From Eutreptiella sp. 'Long Island Sound 2002' (lineage: Eukaryota > Protista > Euglenida), in the NCBI GenBank assembly GCA_964036045.1, contig OZ038378.1, positions 172,856,001 through 172,920,000 on the forward strand: a stretch of 64,000 bases of DNA, read 5' to 3'. The position numbers and the translations under genes are program-made. A model generated the notes under the pieces. It saw only the letters and a list, made by a program, of their open reading frames with translations. It was not told the DNA's origin and did no database searches. Below, in pieces: positions 23,937 to 34,510 of this stretch (positions are counted from its first letter, which is position 1; each line of letters starts with the position of its first letter).

Positions 23937-26079
23937 AATTGAAATTCCCGTAACCCAACCAGTGTTGTTGCTTGTGTTGTCGCCTGTGCATGGTTTGTTA
24001 CGGAGGTGCATGCAAGGTGCAGAAAATAGGACCCTGGAACCTGTGACAAGCATCAGACTAAAAATTGAAGAATCCTGGTATGCCAGTATGGACTGCAAGG
24101 TGCAGAAATCAGGACCCTGGGTGTGTTTCTATGGGGGCCATTCAACGGGGTACAAGTTGGGCCACCATCCCAAAAACATTGAACCGTGCGCGCACCGTGC
24201 ACGCACCGTGCGCGCACCGTGCGCGCACCGTGCGACAACGCCCCCTTTGGCTCCTCTCTGTGGCACGCACAGCACCAGGACCCCGCACACAGTCCAATGC
24301 ACACAGTCCAACGCACCCCCCCGTGCGTGGCCTTGTTTGAGCACGACGACCCCGTGTTAGTGTGTGTGATGTAGAATGTACAAGTAGAAGCAGAAGTAGA
24401 ATGTACAAGTTGCAAGAATGCGAGCCCATTGTCTCTGGCAAGAGAAGGAGAGAGGAGCTGGTGCATGCACCTGAGACTTGCTTCAGACCATCGCAGCATT
24501 GCGCTTTGGGTTGCAAGCTATTTTGTTTGGCTTTGATGTGATTGGGGGCCATGTACCCAACATGCACCCCTTTCATGTCCACGCGGAAGCACGGCTTTGT
24601 CTAGGGACGGTGCCCCTGCTGGAGTCAGCATGGGCATGACTGCTTACAGAGGGTTGAGGAGGTGATGCCCCCCCCTGAGGTGACCATCGTCGGATGATGG
24701 CTGAGCACGGTGACCCTGTGTTGCCGTCGTTTTCTGGGACCTGGGCCATGGTTGGTCAAGGGGAAGGGGGGTTACCGTATGAGTTGTAGAGGCATTCACT
24801 GTCCTTCGCGGTGCACTGTTCTTTGTGATGATTGGCTGCTAGGTGGCACTCTGGCGAGTCATCTGCAGATGTGGATTTCTGCGCCTCCCACCTGCAGCAG
24901 CACACTCAACCTGTGAGGCTGCCCTCATACACGGTCTGTACTGACTTCTGATCCAGCACTACCTTGAGCTCACTTGGACACAGGGTGCACCAGATCAGAA
25001 ACAGTCCATATCGCTCGTAGTACGATTGGAACGAGATCAGAAATGATGAGATATAGCTGAGCCCTGATCAGCTGTGCATTGGACGCAGCTAGTTCCTACG
25101 GCATCCTGGGTGTGACAGGAGAGGGTATGGCTGAGCTGGCTCATTACGAGATGTAGTTCTTGGCTCCCAATGTGGCCACTGCCTGCAGGAGCAAGGTCGG
25201 GATGCTGCTGCATCCTGCACGCACCATGCAACCCTCCCTCTCCCCCCCCCCCCGCACCCGAAGCGTCAGGGCCCTCATCCAGGCCATGCCTCTGAAGGCC
25301 TCCATTCTTGTGGCGCCGCGTCTTCTGGACTGCGAACCCAAACAACCCGTTTCTTGGCTGTCTGAATCGCAGGGTTCTCATGGTTTTGATTTCTATCTCA
25401 AATCCCTCCCACCCGCTCTCCCTTTCTCTCAGTCAATCCGACGTCTGCAGTACCCTATATCCAGTAGTATGTTCTGCATCGGCAAAGGTTGTGGTGAAAT
25501 CTTGTAGGCACTTGCTGTCTTTGCAAGAAGAGCAGGAAAGATACAGAGATTACACGTAGTTCAAAGGGACTGCATCACTGCAGCTGTGTATTTTCCTCGT
25601 TGGGGTTGTACTTTCCCAGTGTATTTTTCTCGGCGAAATTTTGAGCCCCCCTCCCCCCCTTGTTTGTCCAAGGTGCCTGTCCAAGGTGAGGTATGGTTAT
25701 GGACCGGCTTGACTGGGTACTATCAGTAGTGATGCACTGACACGCATTTTGGGTTTGGATTGTACAGTTTATGAGTGCAGATTGCAAATGCACAATTCGC
25801 CATTTACACTTTGGGAGAGTGTTTGGTGAATTGATGGCAATGTGGTTGATCACCCCCACACACCTCTCTGCCTGAGCCCATCTGCTGTGCACACAAAGGA
25901 CGGCATTGTCTGTGCACCCAAAGCACCCAAAAACACGGTGTCATCAACGATAGTCAGCTGCTGCCACGTGCAGCATTCATTGGTGAGCACAAGACACCAG
26001 CTGACTCTTATCCATACCACTGTTGTCTCAAGGGAAATGCTTTGGGGCAGGACCGGGCTCACCAAGCTGATGCGTACGT

Positions 26080-26645
26080 ACCCCCACGTACACCGTGCCC
26101 AAGAACCGCCGTATGCAAGAACCACCCCCTGGTTCCTGGTTCCACGGCGCTTTTCCCGACAGCCAAGAGGTGTATGGGGCTTGGTACATGTTTTTTACAC
26201 GGGACATCATGGATGATGATGCAGTCCCCAAGCATTTCAAGGTCCCCGGAACCCAAGCCTAAGCATAGGCCCAAGGCCGCGCCCAAGCCCGAGGCAGCAC
26301 CGAAGCCTGGCCCCAAAGGGCAGGATGGTGTATCACAGAAAGCAAGATTTCATGTTGGAACCAGTTGAATATTAGGTCATCTCATGCTCATTCACATGTG
26401 CACTGCAGCCCTCTTTGAAATTCTGTCTTTTGGTGTTCATTTGTCCATGTGCTTCACTGTTAGCAAGGAAAGGGCATACATCCCCCGGTACAACCTTTTC
26501 TTCCCGTGGTACGGAGCTGCATGTGGCCGTTTGCAAGGCCGAACCCCTGGTTCCACGACAGTTTTCGGCTTGAAAACACTGTCTAGGAACCACCCGCTGG
26601 TCACACAGCAAAACATTGCTGGTTCCTGAGCAATGGGGGAGGGGG
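26080..26645. mobile_element. Diverged copy (opposite orientation) of the 7676-8268 MITE
   Basis: The reverse complement shares GAACCAGCAATGTTT, GGAACCAGGGG..GGTTCTTGC and GCAGC.CCGTACC.CGG with 7690-7830 and 8215-8260. Confidence 0.6.
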
Positions 26646-26649
26646 CATA

Positions 26650-27189
26650 CCCCCCCCCCCTTTGTCCTTCCCCACACGTGCATTGATTGAGCTACGCAGT
26701 ACTGCTGGACTAATGGCTGGAATTGTCTATGGCGGGGACATTCAGTCTATCGGAACCGACCATTGATCCCCCTTCCCCACCCCTTGTCCTTCCCCAAGGG
26801 GGGGTGGGGGACCGTCATTTGCTCAACCCAAAAATTTTCATTGCAGCTCACTGTGTTGTTGTGGCAAAACCACCACCCAAGAGTGCAGCCCAAAGCATTC
26901 CAGTGGAAAGTGGTGAGCATGTGCAAGAGTTCAAGGTCAAGTGGAGCAGGACCAAGAAAATTTACACCGAGCTGGTCAAGGAGTAGGTCCCCATACATTG
27001 GCAGCCCTTTGAACGTATCTTATGCTGAATTCTTTCGTTTTATGCTGCAATTTCTGTGCCTGCAAATGTGCGTGTACGGTAGTAGTGCGGTCCCCCAGGG
27101 GGGGTGGGGGACCGTGACTTGGTGACCGTCCTCCAGGGGGTGGTGGGGGACCGCCTTCCCTGGGGTGGGGAAGGACAAGGGGGGGGGGG
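26650..27189. mobile_element. MITE, TA|C11-TTTGTCCTTCCCC ... GGGGAAGGACAA-G11|TA
   Basis: TIR 26650-26673 versus 27167-27189; TA at 26648-26649 and 27190-27191. Confidence 0.75.
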
Positions 27190-27420
27190 TACCTTGGGCA
27201 AAGGGGGTGGGGGGTGGGGTCTCATGTCCTCTTTTGTTTGCCATGTGAACGGCGCGGCAGAGTAATATCAGCGCTATGCTCTGCTATGCTCCTGTCGGAA
27301 TGGCAGGTCCAGTATTTGGACCAAGGGGGGAACGTTAGCGCGCCGGGCGCGCGCCGGGCATCTTTTTGGACCCGTGCCCCACCGGTGACCTTTTAGGGGG
27401 TGCGCTAAGGGGCGCACTTA

Positions 27421-27959
27421 GGACAATCTTTGAATCCACGCTTCGTTGCGTGCTGCATCATGGTGACCCCCGGCGTAGGTTTTGACTTCCGATTTTGTTC
27501 CCTTTGTTGGGGACCCCCGAGAATGCAGGGGTGATGTAGCATTTCCGCCCTCTTTTGGGCCCCAACCATCCGGTGCTATTGAGGAAACCGGGACAATCTT
27601 TGAATCCACGCTTTGTTGCGTGGTGCATCATGGTGACCCCCGGCGTAGGTTTTGACTTCCAATTTTGTTCCCTTTGTTGGGGACCCCCGAGAATGCAGGG
27701 GTGATGTAGCATTTCCGCCCTCTTTTGGGCCCCAACCGTCCGGTGCTATTGAGGAAACCGGGACAATCTTTGAATCCACGCTTTGTTGCGTGGTGCATCA
27801 TGGTGACCCCCGGCGTAGGTTTTGAGTTTTGATTTTGTTCCCTTTGTTGGGGACCCCCGAGAATGCAGGGGTGATGTAGCATTTCCGCCCTCTTTTGGGC
27901 CCCAACCGTCCGGTGCTATTGAGGAAACCGGAACAATCTTTGAATCCACGCTTTGTTGC
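27421..27959. repeat. Tandem array, 3.2 copies of a 170-bp unit, inside the transposon's 5' region
   Basis: Units start with GGACAATCTTTGAATCCACGC at 27421, 27591, 27761 and 27931 (partial) and are nearly identical. There are no unique spacers, so it is not CRISPR-like. Confidence 0.97.
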
Positions 27960-28056
27960 TTGTGTTGTTGTTTGTGTCCAATTCGCCGATACCGGCACTT
28001 GAAGATCCCTGCCTCGAGCTTTCATACCCCGGCTCGAGGAGGAGGCAATCAGGGGC

Positions 28057-29037
28057 TTGAAGATCCCTGCCTCGAGCTTTTCCCCGGCTCGAGAAGGAGG
28101 CAAAAAGGGGCTTTCTTTCTTTCTTCTTTGCGATGGGGTGCGCGTCATCAACCATCATTGCCCCATCGACGCCCTCTCCTTCGGTATCCCGAGTTGCTTT
28201 TATGGTTCGGAGGTTGCCTGGCGGCAGAGTGTTGCCCGTGCTCGCGAATACCTTAACCATGTTGTTCAAGAGATTCGATGGGCCGACAGGTTGAATCCTT
28301 TCAACCATTGTCCCCATTTTCCATTCTTTATGACGCATTTCACAGACTCCATGCCCATCAGTTCCATTGGCGGGATATGGAGTGCAGACCTGTGGAATCC
28401 TAAGTATGCGTCGCATGTTTACAAGGTCACTGTTGCCGTTGATATGTTGGGCAACATTGTATGGATTTGCCCCTTGGCCCCCGGGACATCAGCAGATGTT
28501 TTGATTTGGGATGGGTACGGACCTTCTCGTACCCGAGGGGATTTCTTTGATTTTGAAGTTGGGGGCCATGATGGCGCTTATAAAGGCCGGATTCATGTCA
28601 TTGTGCCATTCATTGGAAGAAAGAATGGCACTTTGACAGCCCGCCAACAAGGTTACAACGATGTCCATGGGTGGTACAGGGCACGCATTGAGCAGCTGTT
28701 TGCTCGGTTGTGGCATTGGGGTTTGGTTAGGAACATCTGGCGTGGCGGCCCCAATGAGTTGCACCAGTCAGTCCGCATTTTGTTGCATTTCACTCAGTTT
28801 TGCATCCGAAGGCAAGTCCGTCACCCCCCCTACGGACCATGGGAGCATGTCCCGCCTCAGGTTTGGACTGACCAAAGCAACTCGGCCGCCACGCAAGATG
28901 AGGCAGAGGATGAGGCGGAAGTGTGTGTTTTGTGTTGCCAAAGGCGCTCCACCATCACAGTTTGTGATGAGTGTAAGGAGCACTATTGTAATGAATGTAT
29001 TGACACCCACACTTGTGGGACCAATGTTGTTTGTTAA
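28057..29037 (+). CDS. DDE_Tnp_4-type transposase with C-terminal Cys/His Zn finger; 5' end apparently frameshifted
   Basis: Catalytic-type motifs FTDSMP (D at 28345), YKVTVAVDMLGNIVWI, GHDGAYKG (D at 28570), RARIEQLFARL (E at 28690). Preceded by an HTH-like segment ALSFGIPS..V..ARAREYL. Tail CVLCC..CDECKEHYCNECIDTHTC. The first in-frame ATG is only at 28330. Confidence 0.85.
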   Translation: MKIPASSFSPAREGGKKGLSFFLLCDGVRVINHHCPIDALSFGIPSCFYGSEVAWRQSVARAREYLNHVVQEIRWADRLNPFNHCPHFPFFMTHFTDSMPISSIGGIWSADLWNPKYASHVYKVTVAVDMLGNIVWICPLAPGTSADVLIWDGYGPSRTRGDFFDFEVGGHDGAYKGRIHVIVPFIGRKNGTLTARQQGYNDVHGWYRARIEQLFARLWHWGLVRNIWRGGPNELHQSVRILLHFTQFCIRRQVRHPPYGPWEHVPPQVWTDQSNSAATQDEAEDEAEVCVLCCQRRSTITVCDECKEHYCNECIDTHTCGTNVVC

Positions 29038-30402
29038 GTGCAACACAAATGACATTTGGAGTGGTTGAAGTCACCGATATTGCTTTATTTTGCAACGTGC
29101 TTTGTAGGGAAGGTGTGCAGTGCAACGTGGTCTACTTGGGGGGCTTCTCCATGGGAGGGTAAATCTGGGGCTGAAGTCGGGATAGTTAATACAAAAGTAG
29201 CGCGCCGGGCAAACATTCCCCCAAGGACTCGCACCCGTAGCATCTACAACTGAACCTCTGCTGCCCCACTCTAACGCTTTGCAAAACCCCCAAATTTGCA
29301 TCCAGTGCACTCCAAGCCTGAGTTAGTGACTACGTGCGCAATGAGCAAACGGCATTCCCCTTAGTGTGAGGAAGGTGAACGCACCTCTGCATCCACACCC
29401 TAGCCCCCGCATGCAGAGGTGTAATGCTTGGCCCATGGACCGCAAGCCAGCCTACGTTAGTCAATGTGGCAATGCTTATGGTCGGCAAGATAGATTGGTT
29501 CACCGATAGCATTGGTGGGGCATGGTGTTTATGTGAGGGACCATTTAGCAAAATATGCATATGCAACATTGCGAACCATCCTCCATTTGCCACAGGCCCA
29601 CAGAGACTCGCTCAACACTCCGGCGCCCAAACCACTGCATGCCATGCACATCATTATATTCTTGTTGGGCTCAGGGTCAAAGTAGGGTGGTATCAAAGTG
29701 GATGTGTAACCCTGCCTTCTCGAGGTAGGTGGGGATTGAAATGGCTTTGTTGCATTGTGACTGTACCGGTTGTAAGGTGATTCCCCAACATCATATTCGG
29801 GGAAACAAGAATTAAAAATGGTAACTCAAGACCAAAGTTTATCATCAGTTTTAATTTGTCTTGTTTCAGAAGGGAGGAGGTGTGCAGAGTGGGGGTCTCA
29901 TGAATGTTTGGCGCAAGCTTGCGCCATGCACTTTGCGTAACGTAACAACACGAAGAGAAGGGAACTAGGGTACCGACAATCTCGTGAGTCACACAATAAT
30001 TGGTATCACATTTCATTGAATTGCAAAACAATTTGCACACACAAAGTAGTCTTAGTCTGCAGCTTGGTTCTGTGGTGGCCTACCACAATCTGTCAGCAAT
30101 CTCTGAGCTCCAAGCAAACGCTAGCCACTCACGCCGGGCGGCAACAGACTTTCCCTCACTCCAAATAACAACCGCCGCCCACCAATTACCCACCGTCCGC
30201 AGTCCACTGCCAATGGACCATGAATTTGGGTCTCAAGACCTCATGACCATTGCAGAACAAACTAGAGAGATGCGCGTCGTGTGTGCACAAAATTTCCAAC
30301 TGACCAAGTGAAGAATGTTCTTCCTTGTGACGCTCAAGTAACAAGGACGCCCAAGATATCTCTCTTTCAACTGCGCCGAAGCAAATATCCATCTTCCACT
30401 TA

Positions 30403-30840
30403 CCCCCCCCCCCCCCCTCTTTGTATAAGCTACGCCCTTGTCCAAGCTACAGCCGGTGGGGACCTATCGCTGAATTTTCCACTGTTTATGGCCAAGCTAC
30501 AGTAGGCGTAGGGACCATATTATTCGGTACCAAACGTAGTGCAGCCACAGAAGACATGGGTTTGGTGACGGATTGCGAGTCACATAGAGTCATGGACACA
30601 TTTGTTGTGAGTGTTTGCCCACTTGAACCCAGATAGCTCTGATTTTGGGGATGTTTCTGCATTATATGCCCTTTTCTTGCACCAGCTCACCATGCAATCC
30701 CCTCTTTTTGAACCTGGGTGCCCGGTGTTGGTAGTTGTATGTGTCGCGCGCAAGCTACGCCCGTGTCCAAGCTACAGTAGGCGTAGGGACCATATTAATT
30801 TGGGACTTTGGCGTAGCTCATACAAGGGGAGGGGGGGGGG
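30403..30840. mobile_element. MITE with C-run/G-run ends and a 16-bp inner TIR
   Basis: TTGTATAAGCTACGCC (30421-30436) versus the reverse complement of GGCGTAGCTCATACAA (30810-30825), 15/16 identical. TA on the left only. Internal duplication of CCAAGCTACAGTAGGCGTAGGGACCATATT. Confidence 0.7.
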
Positions 30841-31251
30841 ATAATAGCACCCTCTGCACCAACACAGGTTATCAAATGATCATGAAGTGAGACAAATTGT
30901 ACCACAAATGTCCACAAATGATATGTTACCATTGATGTTACCTCAAGAAAAATTTGCCGCTCGCTTATGGAATCAACGTTCTTCTCAAGTGCTTCACAAC
31001 AATCTCACTTAGCGTCCTTGGCCAGGGTATTGATAGTGCGATGCTTAACAATTGTTCTATTGCTTTGCCTTTTGCGCGCCAGAAGAGTGAAAAGAAGGAA
31101 TTCGTGGTTAAGACTTGGAATATGTTGCAAAAAGAGGATGCCCTACAGAAAGAGGGGATGCAAGGGGGAGAAATGTTTGAACCGCGGCTCTCCGGTATTA
31201 GATAGCAACAATAGTGTCCCATTAGGAAAGGCGGGGGGCTGGGGTGGTTGA

Positions 31252-31818
31252 CGGGGAGTATTAGTGCGCCAGGCACGCGCCGGGCATCTTTTTTTGACCA
31301 TTCCCCACTCGTGCATGTTTTTGCCCCCCCTCACCAAACAATCTGGAGTCCTTTCTCGCAATGTCTAAGAATCTGGCTCATCCTTTGCATCCAGTTTATG
31401 ACAATGGCAAGGGTGGTGGTTGGAAGTGGTGGGAGTGGCATTTTGTGTTGTTTAATTCTCACCTTTCGGCTGATGCAAGGGGTAGAACAAGCAAGTAGTC
31501 AACAGAGCAAGTTCCCCAGGTCAGGCCGGGACACATGATGCATGTGGAACCCTCATTTGTACCGTATGCCCTACTTCTTGACCTAGGTTGTTGCCTACGA
31601 GTTAATATTGTACTCATCAAACTTGTTGAACTTGTTGAGCCGGAGGAAGAAAAAAATGCCATTGGTGCAAGGTGCCTTGCAAGGAAGGTTTGCAGTCCAA
31701 TGCGGTCTAATTGGGGGACTTCCTTGGGTGAGGATAAGCTGGGGCTAGAGATAGAATACTTAATACAAAGGTAGCGTGCCGGGCATGCGCCGGGCACGCG
31801 CCGGGCAAACATTCCCTC
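31252..31818 (+). mobile_element. Non-autonomous relative (about 0.57 kb) of the 27326-29222 transposon
   Basis: The left end GGGGAGTATTAGTGCGCCAGGCACGCGCCGGGCATCTTTTT and about 130 bp of the right end (GGAAGGTTTGCAG...TTAATACAAAGGTAGCG..GCGCCGGGCAAACATTCCC) align with element A's ends. Flanked by TGA/TGA (or TTGAC/CTGAC). No transposase. Confidence 0.78.
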
Positions 31819-33849
31819 TGACATGTGGACAGATGTGTGCCAAATTGGGGGCCTGAAAAGTGTTGTTTGAAAAGTGTTGTTTGCTGAAGGAACCTACGTC
31901 TGATTCTGTGGGGGTCGGGGGGTCCCGCCTCAGATGCTTACAAATGGGAGGGGTGCCTTCTTACTGGGATCCAATGTGCCGAGGTGGAGTGCCCCCACCC
32001 ACACCCGCCACCACCACCATACTCACGTTGGAGCCACCCCGGCTAGAGGGACATATTATATGGAAATATTGGGTGGGTTTGGCATCACAATAGAGTGAGG
32101 CATTACCCATTTCGCTTCATGCACACACACCACATATCGTTCTCTAGGCACAATGGTTTGCCATTTGGTTTGTGGACATTTGTGTGGACATTGAGACTTG
32201 CATTTGCAACACAATGCAAGACAAGCGAGCAAGGACGCGCTTGATTTGTGAGCGGATTTCGGCACTGATATTGCTACCAAATATCCCGTGCTTGACCCAC
32301 ACCCTCCCATTGGTACACATTGCCCCCCTATCGCGATTCTTTCAGCCAACGTGTTGAGGACCAGCCACCAGTATCACCAGGGGATCATCAAAAAGAAGGG
32401 GCGGATGGGCCCATGGAAACAATACGCCATAACGCCGTGACCGGCAGTTTGTTTTCCTCAACAGTTCAAGTAGCCCCACGATGCATGGGCACAGCCATTT
32501 TCAAAGATATACATGAGACAAGACCCTGTAAATTTTCTTTGGGATCAGCCAACACCATCGCAGCCTTTGGGGGGCATTTTTGGAGTAGCAAATGGCTAAA
32601 AGTCAAAATTCTTGGCATGTTTGAGGCGATGAGTGTTATAGGCACCCATAGCATACAAATTTGTATCAAATATGGTCTTGATGAGTCCATTGCAACACAA
32701 CCCATCCATTTTCGTCATGTGCCGCACCGACACTTTTTGAACTACCTCTTTGGTGGCGCATCCTTTGCCGTTGGAGTCGTAGACAAAATACGTCTACCGG
32801 AACAGTAAGACTATTAAGGCTGGAACATTCCATACTGTTCCAGAAGACGCGAGAGTTGTTCCAGAAGACGTGATACGTCTACCGGAACAGTAAGACAAAA
32901 AGTTAGACGTATGATCCACCTCTACCAACCAACTCCAGCCCAGACCCACCCACTATGTTATATTATGTTATCATATGTTATGTTATGTGTGACCATGTGC
33001 AAGAGACATGTGTAATGTGTGTTGTTTCGACATATGTATGTGTTTTCATGTGATTGATTCAACAAACCAGAAGCTGCAAGAACTCTGGCAGAATATTTTC
33101 TCACTGCTTCTGCCACCTGCTGACCGTCGGCATTGCTCTCCTGTGATCCGTCATCCATGATCCATCCCACAGTGTTCCAGACAATTTCGTTTGGTGGTCA
33201 ACTGTTGAATTTTTTAGCGAAATATTGTTTTGCTGCAAGAAATCTACTTGGAGTTGGTAGGACTACTGAATTACTGAGTCAAGGCACTGATTGTTGTTCA
33301 CGCCGAATGGTCCCATTTTTGTTTTCAGTAGTTCATGATGCTTTAGCATGTTTTAAAGTGCATTTTTTCCATGCTGAGCTGAGTTACACACAGAGTAGCT
33401 CCCTCCAAAGCCAGTAGATCTTGGGAGAAGGTGCATCGATGTTTTGGAAAGTGGCATGAGGTAGTCCCAATATGCTACGGATTGCACACAGCACCCAAAG
33501 CACTCTGTTTTTGTGTATCTCCACAGCTCCGCAGTCCCCAAACCACGACGTCGCCAGCTCAAGCTTCAAGGCCTGGCGGACCGATGAATTCTACTATGGC
33601 CACTCACGACGGCCAAATCATTCATCGCAGCAAAGGCTGTGGGTTCAATAACACGCCCCCTGCAGCTGCAGCTGCGCGAGCCGCACAGTGATTGGGCTGT
33701 ATGAAAAACCTCACCCTGGAACCTGCACCAGCAGAAGGCTCACCGCGTTCGTGCCTGTCACTTGTGCAGAACTGAATTTCCGGCGACGTGGTGCTTTACT
33801 TTTGAAAAAGCCAGTGCGGAATTGGTGAGGTACGACCCACGAAACAACA

Positions 33850-34510
33850 CATGCTCCACACCGAGACACTAAGCAACATCATGCACGAACAAACACCAGA
33901 CCACAAAATTCAACAGAGCACAGCCAGACAATCCCCAAACAACATCCATGCAGCCAACAATCGAACAATGCCGAGGCAAGGCCATCCAGCACACCAAACA
34001 ACAATCAGACACACCACATCCAATATCTGTATGATAGCACAGCAATCCCGCACAAGCTTATGCGCAGACAGACTTCCAGCACGTTAATAAAAGACAATAC
34101 ACCAACACAATACAAGCGATACAGCACGCCTCAAGATGCAAGGACGAATGCCAGCACAAGCTGAAGCCATGCACAGCAGACACAAAGCACACAGCAAACA
34201 ATTACACAACGCAAGGCAAACATCAAGTCCAAACCAGGAGGCAGAAGGAGACACAGCCGAACACAACAACACCAACAAACACTGAGACCAAACAACACAG
34301 AAACAACAGCAAATCCAAAAGCAGCAGCAGACCAAGGAATGGCCACAACCACATCAGAGACTCGATGGACAAACGTCCACCATGGGCAACGTACATGATC
34401 AACAAATAAAGCAAAAAATTCAACCGGCACCGAAAATCACAACAAATTAAAAAGGTAAACAAAGCAGAAAGCGCCAAAGACAGAAATGATTAAGACATAA
34501 ACATCAAAAC
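33850..34510. repeat. Strand-asymmetric C/A-rich low-complexity tract
   Basis: About 660 bp dominated by CAA/ACA/CAG with few T or G on the + strand. Confidence 0.8.

Larger units (their letters stand above)
27326..29222 (+). mobile_element. 1.9-kb single-ORF DNA transposon, IS5/PIF-Harbinger/ISL2EU-like
   Basis: Imperfect TIRs GGGGGAACGTTAGCGCGCCGGGC and (reverse complement) GGGGGAATGTTTGCCCGGCGCGC, 18/23 identical. Flanking duplication is AAG/AAG, or CAAGG/CAAGG if the TIR starts one base further in. Contains a DDE transposase ORF. Confidence 0.85.

Noticed and set aside
24940-25560. Exon-like segments (HYLELTWTQG...; QSDVCSTLYPVV...)
   Set aside because: In-frame stops and incompatible phases; they could not be linked to the 21243 candidate.
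27421-27959. CRISPR-like array beside a nuclease-fold ORF
   Set aside because: The units are contiguous, near-identical 170-mers with no unique spacers; no cas genes; eukaryotic context.
32056-32808. Possible piggyBac-like transposase remnant
   Set aside because: Only vague resemblance (LYCDAK); no catalytic motif could be aligned.
33542-33795. Short inverted repeat ACGTCGCC
   Set aside because: Only about 8-10 bp, with no clear TSD; compatible with chance.
34084-34477. Hydrophobic Leu/Cys/Val ORFs on the minus strand that resemble membrane proteins
   Set aside because: A by-product of the C/A-skewed tract.
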